The notes under the pieces are model-generated. The model did not search any database and had not been told where the DNA came from. It saw only the letters and a list, made by a program, of their open reading frames with translations. Position numbers and translations under genes: made by a program. Source: Candidatus Woesearchaeota archaeon (GTDB lineage Archaea; Nanobdellota; Nanobdellia; Woesearchaeales; BM511). Taken from it: DNA of 45,734 bases. The DNA lies in NCBI GenBank assembly GCA_023266675.1, contig JAHFPP010000002.1:1-45734 (forward strand), read 5' to 3'. Within the stretch, counting starts at the first letter, position 1. Every line of letters begins with the position of its first letter. Shown piece by piece: positions 18,174 through 27,627 of the stretch.

Positions 18174-21008
18174 ATGAAAAACTTAAAAACAATATTCATA
18201 GTATCGCTGTTATTAGCAATTCTAAATTTCAACATCGTTTTTGCCTCAAACAATTACAATTTTAATGTATATGACGCGTCATCAAATCAAGACTTAACAA
18301 ATGTCAACGGATTATTTTATAATTGCAACATAAACGGATGCGCAGACAACGTTGAACCAAACAGATTCAATGAAATAAATTCAGGCGGTTCAAACGCACT
18401 CTCAACAAGTTTTCTAGGCACATCATCACCGCAGGATTATCTTTCAGTATTCCTAAGCGAATGCTACCTTCCAACAGCAGGACTAACATACGGCGACTGG
18501 GGAACAGGGCAAAACTACAATTATGATGTTTACATGTCAAAAGGCCAAAACTGCCACGCACCTATATATTCATACAACGTTTTAAACAGCGTTCACGTAA
18601 ATGAGCCACTCCAAGTAGATGTTGTTTCAACGCTTGATGCAAAAACCGCAAGCGCATTTGGAAGAACAGGATTCCCGCCATTATTCACGCCAATTGGATA
18701 TGAAGATTATTTTTCTGCAGAAACATTTGTAACACTTGAAATATACAACTCAGCTAATCAATTAGTAAATTTACAAACACAGATAATGAATATACCTGCT
18801 GACGGAAAGTCAAGAGTTCATTTTGAATGGACACCAAGCGTTAGTGGAAATTACACTGCAAAAATAAAAACTGAAATAACAGACTGCCAATGTGAAAGCG
18901 GCACACAAGAATCTGTCCAAAGCAGTTTCACAGTTCTCCAAGATGAGCCAGTATCAGAATGCTACACAATAATAAACAATCTTCACTCAAGCAACAGTTT
19001 TCCATTTGTAAACGAACAGGTAACATTATCACTTGACAAGACAAGCAATTATGCAAATAATCTAGGCGCATTATTCCCTGTAAGAACATCATTAACATGG
19101 ACAATAACAAATACAGACACAAATGAAATCTCCACATTAAATACGCAAGACTCTGCAAATCCGGATTCATTAAACCCAAAAGAAACCCAAGCAGTATGGA
19201 TGCCAAACAAGGCAGGGCATTACATGATAAGAGTTGATGCAGCATCAAATGATGCTTCATGCACAGGGACAAACAGTCCTATGTCAACACAAATGACATT
19301 AACCGTAAAAGAAAACCCTGTTACATGTACAGATATTGATGGCGACGGCTATTCACAGGAAGGCGGGTCATGCGGACCAAGAGACTGCGCTGACACAAAC
19401 GCAAATATAAACCTTGGCGCAGCAGAAGTTTGCAACAGCGTCGATGATAATTGTGACGGGCGAATCGATGAAGGATTTGGTTTAAGTTCATCATGCAGTA
19501 TAGGCATAGGTGCATGTATAAGAACAGGAATAACTGTTTGTACAGCAAACGGATTACAAGCACAGTGCAGTGTTGTACCAGGCATACCTTTAGCAGAAAT
19601 CTGCAATAACATTGACGACAACTGCGATGGGATAGTTGATAACAATCTTCCAATTACATGTTCATCAAACAATCAATGCAATGATAATAATGTTTTAACA
19701 AATGACGTCTGCAATAACGCAGGCACATGCGGCTCATCATGCAGCCACACACCTATTACTATTACATGTTCATCTAATAATGATTGTAATGATAATAATA
19801 TTTTAACTACTGACGTCTGCAATAATCCTGGAACAGCATCTAGTTCATGCAGTCATACAGTAAATAATGTTTCTGTAATTTGCACTAATGGACAAACGCA
19901 GAATCAAATCTGCGGTGTTTCAAGTGTTGGTTCCTGCAGACTCGGAGTTCAGACAAGCGTTTGTCTTGCTAATAATTCATGGGGAGCATTTGGTGCATGC
20001 GTTGGCGATGTAAATCCTGCATCAGAAGTTTGCAACAGCATTGACGACAACTGCAATGGTGTTGTTGATGACGGTTTAGCCGTTGTCTGCTTTAACAATG
20101 CGCAGTGCGATGATAATAACGTTTTGACAATTGACGTTTGCAATTTTGCAACCACATGTCTTTCATCATGTACTCATGCTGTTATACCAGTTACACCTGT
20201 CTGTTCACTTAACACTGACTGCAATGACAATAACGCTTTAACAAATGATATATGCAACAGTCCAGGAACAGCAGCTTCATCATGCAGCCATACACCTGTT
20301 GTAATAGTTTGTTCATCAAATGTTGATTGCAATGATAATAACGCATCTACAAATGATGTCTGCAATAATCCAGGAACTGCAATAAGCGTATGTAGCTATA
20401 CCTTCATTCCACCAGCAATATTAAATTTTGGAATATCAGCTAATCCAACTTTTGGACAAGCACCACTTCAGGTATTCTTCTACTCAAATATAATTTCAGG
20501 AAATGCGCCTTACTCATATTACTGGGATTTTAGTGACGGAGTAACATCAACTATTCAAAACCCTATTCATGTTTTTTATGACGAAAAACTTTACACAGTG
20601 TCATTAAGAGTAACTGACTCAAGAGGAAACGTTGTAACATCATCTATACTAATTGATACAAGAAAAAAAGATTTGACATTAACTTCAAGAAACTCTGCTT
20701 TCATAACATCATTTGACATAATGTCAAATAAGATACATCCAGGAGACACATTCGCTGTAAACACCGGAATAGAAAATATTGCAGGAAAAAAATTAACTGA
20801 TGCAACAATAACAGTGTCCATACCTGAACTTGGAATTACGGCAAATGCAAAGACAGGAACTTTAAAAAATAGCGAGACAACCGACAGCACACTTTATCTG
20901 ACAATACCTTCATGGACACAGCAAGGATATTATAATGTCAGGCTTTCATTCACGGCAAATTCAGGTCAGGTAAGACGAGTTGAATACAGGCAGATTAAAG
21001 TAATTTAA
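18174..21008 (+). CDS. secreted Cys-rich surface protein: MopE-like DnDCDG motifs, five 4-Cys repeats, PKD domain
   Basis: Signal peptide MKNLKTIFIVSLLLAILNFNIVFA (ATG 18174; the track start is GTG 18165). Contains CNSVDDNCDGRIDEG, CNNIDDNCDGIVDN and CNSIDDNCNGVVDD. Has repeats of type CSSNNDCNDNNILTTDVCNNPGTASSSCSHT. PKD-like WDFSDG...TVSLRVTDSRGN. Confidence 0.75.
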   Translation: MKNLKTIFIVSLLLAILNFNIVFASNNYNFNVYDASSNQDLTNVNGLFYNCNINGCADNVEPNRFNEINSGGSNALSTSFLGTSSPQDYLSVFLSECYLPTAGLTYGDWGTGQNYNYDVYMSKGQNCHAPIYSYNVLNSVHVNEPLQVDVVSTLDAKTASAFGRTGFPPLFTPIGYEDYFSAETFVTLEIYNSANQLVNLQTQIMNIPADGKSRVHFEWTPSVSGNYTAKIKTEITDCQCESGTQESVQSSFTVLQDEPVSECYTIINNLHSSNSFPFVNEQVTLSLDKTSNYANNLGALFPVRTSLTWTITNTDTNEISTLNTQDSANPDSLNPKETQAVWMPNKAGHYMIRVDAASNDASCTGTNSPMSTQMTLTVKENPVTCTDIDGDGYSQEGGSCGPRDCADTNANINLGAAEVCNSVDDNCDGRIDEGFGLSSSCSIGIGACIRTGITVCTANGLQAQCSVVPGIPLAEICNNIDDNCDGIVDNNLPITCSSNNQCNDNNVLTNDVCNNAGTCGSSCSHTPITITCSSNNDCNDNNILTTDVCNNPGTASSSCSHTVNNVSVICTNGQTQNQICGVSSVGSCRLGVQTSVCLANNSWGAFGACVGDVNPASEVCNSIDDNCNGVVDDGLAVVCFNNAQCDDNNVLTIDVCNFATTCLSSCTHAVIPVTPVCSLNTDCNDNNALTNDICNSPGTAASSCSHTPVVIVCSSNVDCNDNNASTNDVCNNPGTAISVCSYTFIPPAILNFGISANPTFGQAPLQVFFYSNIISGNAPYSYYWDFSDGVTSTIQNPIHVFYDEKLYTVSLRVTDSRGNVVTSSILIDTRKKDLTLTSRNSAFITSFDIMSNKIHPGDTFAVNTGIENIAGKKLTDATITVSIPELGITANAKTGTLKNSETTDSTLYLTIPSWTQQGYYNVRLSFTANSGQVRRVEYRQIKVI
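19659..20400 (+). repeat. coding tandem repeats (about 36-aa 4-Cys units, 2 + 3 copies split by a MopE-like unit)
   Basis: Units begin at the Cys codons 19659, 19766, 20088, 20202 and 20310. The nucleotide-level similarity is visible (tgttcatc.aa.aat...tgcaatgataataa). Confidence 0.7.
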
Positions 21009-21198
21009 TCAAACTAAATTGATAACAAAACTGTTATCACTTTATAATGGTTATAAAATCGAAAGATTTATATATCACATGAATTTAACACTGCTAAGTA
21101 ATCATTTCAGATTATTTTGACGGTAAATTATCAACAAACATTGATAAGAAATTAATAAAAACAATAAAAATTTTAAAAACCAAGCGGGGGAAGAAATA

Positions 21199-22452
21199 AT
21201 GAAAAATAACAAATTGCTTTTGATATTAAGCATAGTAACTCTATTAATGGTCTGTGCAATAGCACAGGCTGCACCAACAATCAACACAGTAAAAATTGAC
21301 GGCGACACACAGACACCAGGCACATCGCTTGTCGTTGAAAGAGGAGATAAACTTGACATCTCAGTAAAAGTTGTTTCAAATCAGTCAGAAAAAAACGTTG
21401 TAGTCGAAGCGTATCTTGACGGATATGAATATTCATCAAGAGAACCAGTAAGCGATTCTTCAGAAGTATTTGACATGGACACAAATGACGCTAAAACATC
21501 AAGACTCTCAATCACAATACCTTTAAAGGCAGAAAGAGATCATTACGACCTAAAAATAAGGGCTGGCGGAAGAACAGGCGCTGACAGTTTTGTAACATAC
21601 AACTTAAACCTTAAAGGAAAAAAGCATGAAATGATAGTAAAAGACATCTTAATGAATGACGAAATAGTTGCTGGCAGAGGACTATTCACAAACGTTAAAG
21701 TCCAAAACGTCGGTCAAGTAGACGAAAAAGACGTAACAGTAAGAGTCACAATACCAGAACTTAACATTGAAGAATTCACAACAATACAGTCAGTTGACGC
21801 AGACGACTCAACAACAAGCGAAGATGTTGTATTATTCATAGACGAATGCACAAAGCCAGGAGACTATGACGTTACAGCATCAATAGAATACAATGAATTT
21901 GACAAAATCTCAAAAACAAAAACACTGACAGTAAAACCAACTGACGGCGTTTGTCAAAAAACAGCAGTTGGACAGTCAAAGACACTTGTATCGCTTCCAG
22001 GAAAACAGGACACTGTAGCAGGACAGACAGCAATATTCCCAATAATGATAACAAACACAGGAGCAAGTCCGCAGACATACGTTATAAGCGTAAGCCGCGC
22101 AGTTGAAGCATTTGGAGTAGCAAAAATCGACCCTTCAAACGTTTTAATACTTCAACCAAACAAGGCAGAAACAGTATTTGTATACGTAAAAACAAATGAC
22201 AACGCTCCAAGCGGACAAAAAGACTTTGCAGTCTCAATAATGTCAGGCACAGAAAAACAGGACCTTCCATTATCATTAAACGTAACTGCAGGTTCATCAA
22301 ATGTTTTCGGCGGAAATGCATTAGTATTATTCCTTGTAGCATTAATATTTGTATTTGTAATAATAGGAGTAATAATGGGCTTCAACAAGTTAAAACCAAA
22401 ACATGATGAAGACGAAGGCAGCGAAGAATTAGGCACAAAAACCTATTATTAA
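21199..22452 (+). CDS. S-layer-like/CARDB-like surface protein with C-terminal TM anchor
   Basis: Sec signal ...LLMVCAIAQA|AP. Beta-rich domains with VKVQNVGQVDEKDVTVRVTIPELNI. C-terminal helix LVLFLVALIFVFVIIGVIMGF plus a charged tail. Confidence 0.65.
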   Translation: MKNNKLLLILSIVTLLMVCAIAQAAPTINTVKIDGDTQTPGTSLVVERGDKLDISVKVVSNQSEKNVVVEAYLDGYEYSSREPVSDSSEVFDMDTNDAKTSRLSITIPLKAERDHYDLKIRAGGRTGADSFVTYNLNLKGKKHEMIVKDILMNDEIVAGRGLFTNVKVQNVGQVDEKDVTVRVTIPELNIEEFTTIQSVDADDSTTSEDVVLFIDECTKPGDYDVTASIEYNEFDKISKTKTLTVKPTDGVCQKTAVGQSKTLVSLPGKQDTVAGQTAIFPIMITNTGASPQTYVISVSRAVEAFGVAKIDPSNVLILQPNKAETVFVYVKTNDNAPSGQKDFAVSIMSGTEKQDLPLSLNVTAGSSNVFGGNALVLFLVALIFVFVIIGVIMGFNKLKPKHDEDEGSEELGTKTYY

Positions 22453-22472
22453 TTTTTTTATTCTATTTTTTT
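22453..22472 (+). terminator. double oligo-T tract after stop
   Basis: T7 (22453-22459) and T7 (22466-22472) directly after the TAA of the 21199..22452 gene. Confidence 0.3.
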
Positions 22473-22521
22473 AAATATTTTAAACAATAAAAAATTATAC
22501 TGCTTAAAACGTGATTGCATA

Positions 22522-24441
22522 ATGAAACAAAAACAAATAATGCCAAAAACAATGTTTTTGCTCGTACTCTCAATCATCTTTCTATCACAAAATATTTTCG
22601 GCGAATTCATTGTGACTACAAACCAGCCAGCACAATCAAATACAAGCACACAGTTTGTCGTGCAAACACAGACTCCACAAGCGGCAGCTTCTCCTCCAAA
22701 TACCTACACGGTAAATCAATATCAAATGAAGACTGATTTCAATTTCTACTCAACAAATCAGGAACTTAATATATGCTCATGCAGTTACTTCTCAGACAAA
22801 ATAATTTTGCAGAATACAGGCAACATAGCAGATACGTACGAAATATATTCTGACAAAGATTACTCAAGACTGTCAATCAACAAAATAACATTAACACCAG
22901 GCGAAAAAATAGAAATAATCAATTATTTAAGCCCTGGATGCGATGCATTGTCTGATGATATGACAATAACAATAACATCACTATACGGCAAAACAAAAGA
23001 ATTAATCCAAACAGTAAATGTCGGCGTATGCGATAATCTTAATTTAAGCATAAAAAACAACGCCTTCAAGACTTACCCATGCATTCCTATAAACGGACAA
23101 TTACTATTAAAAAACCCATTAAGTTTTCAGGAAGAATATTACTTGACTTCAGATTTTCCAAGAGGTGAAATACAGTTCTTTGAAACAAATTTTTCAATTC
23201 CCGGAAAAGGCCAGAAACAGATTAATTTCACATACGCGCCTACATGCGATGTATATGGAGAAGTAAGCGGAAACATAAATGTCAAGACAGAAAACACTGA
23301 GCTTGAAGAATCAGTTCCAATCTTTGTAAATATATCAAAAAGATACAGATACTCATTAACCGTGCCAAAAGAATTTGAAACCTGCAATTATCTTTACACG
23401 TGGATTCCAATAAAAATAAGAAACAATGAAAGCTTTCAAAATACATTCTCACTCTCAATTCCAAAGAATAGTGATTTTAAGCTTCAGAATGAATCAGTAA
23501 CACTTATGCCATACGAGGAGAAGCTTGTTTTTATAACAGCGCACCCAATATTGAAAAACAGCGGAGTATCATACATAAATTTATCAGTCACACCAACGCT
23601 TGGAGATGCTTTATCAAAACAGATAAAAGTCAATGTACCAAATTGCTATGCATATAACGTGCTAAATGAACCAAAACAAACATTATGCAGCGATGACAAA
23701 ACCTTTGACGTTAAGCTTCAAAACAGCGGCACAAAAAACAATATTTTCATCATTGATGTGGAAGGATTAGATGAAAAATTCTCAAAAAAAGCAGTCATAG
23801 ACACAAATAAAACACTCGAAATCCCAGTAAAACTAAACCTCACAGATAAAAACAAAAAATACAACATCAAAATAAAAGTTTCTGAAGATGGATACTTCAA
23901 TACGACATCAAAAGTAAAATTAAATGTGAAATCAGTAAGTGAATGCTATCTTCCGCAGATAAACATGGATAAGGAGATAAAGGCAGACAACAGCACAAAA
24001 TCAATAAACATCACACTAAAAAACATTGGCACCAAGGACGCAAAATATTATTTATCGCTTGACGCGCCAAACTTTACAAAACTTGTCAAGACAAGCATTT
24101 CAATAAAAAAAGATGAATCAGATATAGTTTTGCTAAAGATGCTGCCAACAAACACTTCAGAAAAATCAACTGCATCAATCACACTCACTGAATCAAAAAC
24201 TAACACTAGATACACAAAATACTTCACAATAAACGCAAATGAGAAACCAGTATCATTAAGCGAAAGAATTGTTCTAGCATTAAACTTTGCAAAAAACAAC
24301 ATATTTGTAATCGGACTAATCTTTTTAATAGTTATCCTAGTATTAGTGATAATCATTCTTGGAAGAGTCATCTACAAAAAAAGACAGCAGAAACTTGACG
24401 AAACAAGAAAGCTGATAATGCGGCCAGTAAGAAGAAGATAA
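22522..24441 (+). CDS. multi-domain surface protein (repeated NxGxxxxxY beta-sandwich modules) with C-terminal TM anchor
   Basis: Sec signal MFLLVLSIIFLSQNIFG. Recurring LQNTGNIADTYEIY, LQNSGTKNNIFIIDV and LKNIGTKDAKYYLSL. C-terminal helix VIGLIFLIVILVLVIIILG plus KKRQQK. Confidence 0.65.
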   Translation: MKQKQIMPKTMFLLVLSIIFLSQNIFGEFIVTTNQPAQSNTSTQFVVQTQTPQAAASPPNTYTVNQYQMKTDFNFYSTNQELNICSCSYFSDKIILQNTGNIADTYEIYSDKDYSRLSINKITLTPGEKIEIINYLSPGCDALSDDMTITITSLYGKTKELIQTVNVGVCDNLNLSIKNNAFKTYPCIPINGQLLLKNPLSFQEEYYLTSDFPRGEIQFFETNFSIPGKGQKQINFTYAPTCDVYGEVSGNINVKTENTELEESVPIFVNISKRYRYSLTVPKEFETCNYLYTWIPIKIRNNESFQNTFSLSIPKNSDFKLQNESVTLMPYEEKLVFITAHPILKNSGVSYINLSVTPTLGDALSKQIKVNVPNCYAYNVLNEPKQTLCSDDKTFDVKLQNSGTKNNIFIIDVEGLDEKFSKKAVIDTNKTLEIPVKLNLTDKNKKYNIKIKVSEDGYFNTTSKVKLNVKSVSECYLPQINMDKEIKADNSTKSINITLKNIGTKDAKYYLSLDAPNFTKLVKTSISIKKDESDIVLLKMLPTNTSEKSTASITLTESKTNTRYTKYFTINANEKPVSLSERIVLALNFAKNNIFVIGLIFLIVILVLVIIILGRVIYKKRQQKLDETRKLIMRPVRRR

Positions 24442-24490
24442 ATTTATTATTTTCTTTAAAATAAATCTAACTTTGTTACATGGGAAGTTT

Positions 24491-24498
24491 TTTATATA
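24491..24498 (+). promoter_or_regulatory. TATA box candidate (near-leaderless transcript of 24519 gene)
   Basis: GGAAGTTTTTTATATAAT. The TTTATATA box lies 21-28 nt upstream of the ATG. Confidence 0.4.
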
Positions 24499-24518
24499 AT
24501 TAAAATTAGGATATCTTT

Positions 24519-25499
24519 ATGAACAGATTCCTAATCATTTTAACTTTAATTTTATCTATTCTCTTATATGGATGTAATGAAGAGAAAATGTTAAATTTTA
24601 ATCAAAGTAATACTTCTGATTTATTAATACAAAATATAACATTAACAATTGAATCTCAACTAAACTGTCCAGAAATATGTAACAATAATAATACTTGTGA
24701 TATGGGATATTGTTCAAATGATACAAATTATAGCTGTAAATTTATCAATAAAACTCCATGTTGTGGCAATGGAATACTCGAACAAGGAGAAGATTATGGC
24801 AGTTGTAAAACAGATGCAAAAAATTATTCTTTTTATGTGAATATTAATAAAAATGAATCGAATACTGATAATACCTTTGAATTCTTTGGTGATACCTATC
24901 AATTCGACATAACTAATGTAAATAATATCTCAAGAAAATCTTTTGATAGCCATATAAGCCTTTTTATCACAACTAATACTGAAAAATTTGATGAAGAATT
25001 TTATGCGTTAGTTATGGGATGGTACTATTCAAAACCATTCCAATTATATAATGGAGTTTTAGTCTCAATTGATGATACTTATCTGGATAAAGATTTTGTA
25101 AAACTTACATTGACATATAGAGATACTTATCCAGTAGCTCTATCTGATTACAATCTTTCTATCTTAAATCTCACTATTTGTGATGAATATACCCTAAATC
25201 AATCGATAAAACAAATATTAGAAATTAAAAGAAATAAGTTGCCTGACTCAATGATTTATGGTTTATCAGATACACATTTTAATTTAATTAATTTGAATAC
25301 TTCAGAAAATAATTTTATTAATCTAAATGATCTTGATAAAGAAAACGAATGTAAAAATCTAATTTTAAAAATAGGAAACCATCTCTATTATCAAACAAAT
25401 TATTATCTGGAACGAGGATTTAAATTAAGAGATAATCATGTTGAAATTAATAAAGACAGAGGTGAATATTCAATAAATACCACGCTCTCAAGCTGGTAA
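24519..25499 (+). CDS. putative lipoprotein with Cys-rich N-terminal module
   Basis: Lipobox-like ILLYGC after a hydrophobic leader. Contains CPEICNNNNTCDMGYC...CCGNGILEQGEDYGSC. Confidence 0.55.
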   Translation: MNRFLIILTLILSILLYGCNEEKMLNFNQSNTSDLLIQNITLTIESQLNCPEICNNNNTCDMGYCSNDTNYSCKFINKTPCCGNGILEQGEDYGSCKTDAKNYSFYVNINKNESNTDNTFEFFGDTYQFDITNVNNISRKSFDSHISLFITTNTEKFDEEFYALVMGWYYSKPFQLYNGVLVSIDDTYLDKDFVKLTLTYRDTYPVALSDYNLSILNLTICDEYTLNQSIKQILEIKRNKLPDSMIYGLSDTHFNLINLNTSENNFINLNDLDKENECKNLILKIGNHLYYQTNYYLERGFKLRDNHVEINKDRGEYSINTTLSSW

Positions 25500-25625
25500 T
25501 TTAGGTTTAAATTATTTTTTTGTAAAAACTATCATTAAATATTTTTATAATCATTAATATAATCTGAAAAATTCTAAGAACCATTCATTATCCATCTCTT
25601 CTCTTTATATTTTTCTTCAGAAAGG

Positions 25626-25633
25626 TTTATATA
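25626..25633 (+). promoter_or_regulatory. BRE/TATA promoter candidate for the RHH/fibre operon
   Basis: GAAAGGTTTATATAAT lies 66 nt upstream of ATG 25699. The leader contains two ATACCACAAAA copies (25638-25648 and 25678-25688). Confidence 0.4.
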
Positions 25634-25698
25634 ATAAATACCACAAAATATGTTATTATTACATAAAATAACATAATATACCACAAAAATGAATTAAC

Positions 25699-25833
25699 AT
25701 GCCTGAAATAAAAATAGACTTAGATGACGCGCTTCTAGATAAAAAACTGCGAATCTACATGGCTGAAAATGACATTAAATCCAAAGAGAAGGCAATCCTA
25801 GACATACTCAGGAAAAAACTGGAGAAAAAATGA
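25699..25833 (+). CDS. 44-aa ribbon-helix-helix-like small protein (copy 1)
   Basis: Not in the ORF track because it is under 60 aa. Translation MPEIKIDLDDALLDKKLRIYMAENDIKSKEKAILDILRKKLEKK. Pattern is beta-strand, helix, turn, helix. Confidence 0.55.
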   Translation: MPEIKIDLDDALLDKKLRIYMAENDIKSKEKAILDILRKKLEKK

Positions 25834-25859
25834 AGACTAAAAAAATTGGTGTGAACTGA

Positions 25860-25994
25860 ATGCCTGAAATAAGAATAGATATGAATGACGCTTTTTTAGA
25901 TAAAAAACTGCGAATCTACATGGCTGAAAATGACATTAAATCCAAAGAGAAAGCTATACTCAAAATACTAAACGAGAGATTAAACAAAAAATGA
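25860..25994 (+). CDS. 44-aa ribbon-helix-helix-like small protein (copy 2, tandem paralogue)
   Basis: Translation MPEIRIDMNDAFLDKKLRIYMAENDIKSKEKAILKILNERLNKK. 55 nt identical to copy 1 (25897-25951 versus 25736-25790). Its stop overlaps the next ATG (ATGA at 25991-25994). Confidence 0.55.
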   Translation: MPEIRIDMNDAFLDKKLRIYMAENDIKSKEKAILKILNERLNKK

Positions 25995-27625
25995 ATAGCG
26001 ACAAAATCCAAGACAAAGAGAAACGGGAGTTTATAAAAAAAGGACTCTTGGCAATCGGCGTTGGCGGAGCTGCAGCACTACTCAGTAAAGTTGATTTTGT
26101 TGGTGCAGAACGTCGTTCTATGACTCCAATAACACCAGCATCTGGCGGAACTGGTAACGCGTTTACAAAGTTTACAGGTCCAACAGGTACTGAGAAAACT
26201 TTTACATTGCCTAACGCTAACGCTTCTTTGGCTATTCTTGGAGTAAATACCTTTACATCAGACCAAACAATAAACACTTTGACAGTGGGTCTTGGTGCAG
26301 GAAGTGTTGCAACGAATACCGCGATTGGAGTAAGTGCACTTGCAGCTAATACTACTGGGGCAACTAATACATCCATTGGATATAATGCTTTACCTGCAAA
26401 CACCATTGGATTAAGTAATACTGCTGTTGGTGCAAATGCTCTTGTTAGTTCTGTTACTGGTTCAGGAAATACCGCAATTGGTGTGGAATCACTTTACACA
26501 ACTACAGGAGGAGAATCAACTGCTGTGGGTTATCAAGCATTAAAGGTAACTACATCAGCAGGTTATCAGAATACTGCAGTAGGTTATCAAGCATTAATGT
26601 CTAATACAACAGGATGCAGATCTACTGCTGTAGGTCACTCAGCATTAGCATCATATGCTCATAACGACGATGCTACTGGTAATACTGCCGTTGGATATAA
26701 CGCTCTTGGATCATCTACTATATCGACAAATACTGCAGTAGGACAATCGGCTGGAAGTAGTCTGACCACGGGCAGTAACAATGTATTTGTCGGACATGAG
26801 TGCGGTCCTGAGAGTGGGACTATAGGTAACACAGTAGTTATTGGTCGTGCTTGTGTAGGTGGTGGTAGTGGTGTTTCAATAGGGTCATATACTAGTAGCA
26901 AAGGTAGCAACAATATCTCTATAGGATTGTTTGCTGGAAGCGCATTAACAACAGGTACAAATAATATACAAATTGGGATTGAGGACAACGGAAACAGTTT
27001 AACAACTGGAACTCGTAATACTATCATTGGAACATATTGCTATGCATCAGGAGTAGGAGCGCAGGGACAGATTGTCATTGGCTCTTATGGTATGACAGGA
27101 CAAGCAGATAATAATGTCACGATAGGAAGTAATAGCGGAAAAATTTACAATGCATATACTTCAAACGCTACTTGGACACAGACTTCTGACGGTAGAATGA
27201 AAAAGAATGTTACTGAAGATACACTTGGTTTGTCTTTCATTAATCGTTTGAGACCAATTACTTATCAATGGAAACCAACAAATGAATATCCAACTGATTT
27301 CCCAGGTTATGATATTGAAGGTAAGAATAGTAAAGATACAACAACTATTATTCATGGATTAATAGCACAAGAAGTTAAAGCTGCACTTGATGCAGAGGGA
27401 TGTTCTACATTCAATGGATGGGATGAAGGTTATGATGGAATTCAAGCCATTTCTCGTGAAATGTTTATCACCCCATTAATTAAAGCAATTCAAGAAGTTA
27501 GTGCAGAGAATAATAAATTAAAATCTGAAAATATTCAATTCAGAGTAGATCTTGAAAAATTAAAATATGAATCATTGTCAAGAAAAGATTTTGAAGAATT
27601 TAAAAATAATTTTTATAAAAAATAA
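25991..27625 (+). CDS. tail-fibre/spike-like protein: Tat-like N-terminal signal or anchor, NTAVGxxAL beta-helix repeats, C-terminal intramolecular-chaperone (Peptidase_S74-type) domain
   Basis: N-terminus KREFIKKGLLAIGVGGAAALL. About 20 periodic repeats (NTAIGVSALAANTTG, NTAVGYQALMSNTTG, and similar). C-terminus TSDGRMKKNV...LRPITYQWK...IHGLIAQEVKAAL followed by coiled coil, matching the endosialidase-chaperone signature SDxRxKxN...GxIAQEV. Confidence 0.75.
   Translation: MNSDKIQDKEKREFIKKGLLAIGVGGAAALLSKVDFVGAERRSMTPITPASGGTGNAFTKFTGPTGTEKTFTLPNANASLAILGVNTFTSDQTINTLTVGLGAGSVATNTAIGVSALAANTTGATNTSIGYNALPANTIGLSNTAVGANALVSSVTGSGNTAIGVESLYTTTGGESTAVGYQALKVTTSAGYQNTAVGYQALMSNTTGCRSTAVGHSALASYAHNDDATGNTAVGYNALGSSTISTNTAVGQSAGSSLTTGSNNVFVGHECGPESGTIGNTVVIGRACVGGGSGVSIGSYTSSKGSNNISIGLFAGSALTTGTNNIQIGIEDNGNSLTTGTRNTIIGTYCYASGVGAQGQIVIGSYGMTGQADNNVTIGSNSGKIYNAYTSNATWTQTSDGRMKKNVTEDTLGLSFINRLRPITYQWKPTNEYPTDFPGYDIEGKNSKDTTTIIHGLIAQEVKAALDAEGCSTFNGWDEGYDGIQAISREMFITPLIKAIQEVSAENNKLKSENIQFRVDLEKLKYESLSRKDFEEFKNNFYKK
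26039..26101 (+). repeat. 63-nt block identical to 27676..27738
   Basis: aaaggactcttggcaatcggcgttggcggagctgcagcactactcagtaaagttgattttgtt, encoding KGLLAIGVGGAAALLSKVDFV in both genes. Confidence 0.9.
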
Positions 27626-27627
27626 AA

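Noticed and set aside
19659-20400. Regularly spaced repeats as a possible CRISPR array
   Set aside because: The repeats are in frame within a long ORF, about 105-115 nt long, imperfect, and encode a 4-Cys protein module. There are no short identical repeats with unique spacers anywhere in the window.
22458-22649. 63-aa minus-strand ORF and 73-aa plus-strand ORF (22515..22736) at the start of the 22522 gene
   Set aside because: Both overlap the promoter or 5' end of the 639-aa surface-protein gene. They have no motifs, and the 639-aa frame has a proper signal peptide.
25991-26110. Calling the shared N-terminus a bona fide twin-arginine signal
   Set aside because: Only K-R is present rather than R-R, and no Tat genes are visible in the window. 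It is therefore kept as Tat-like signal or anchor pending prediction tools and a genome-wide search.
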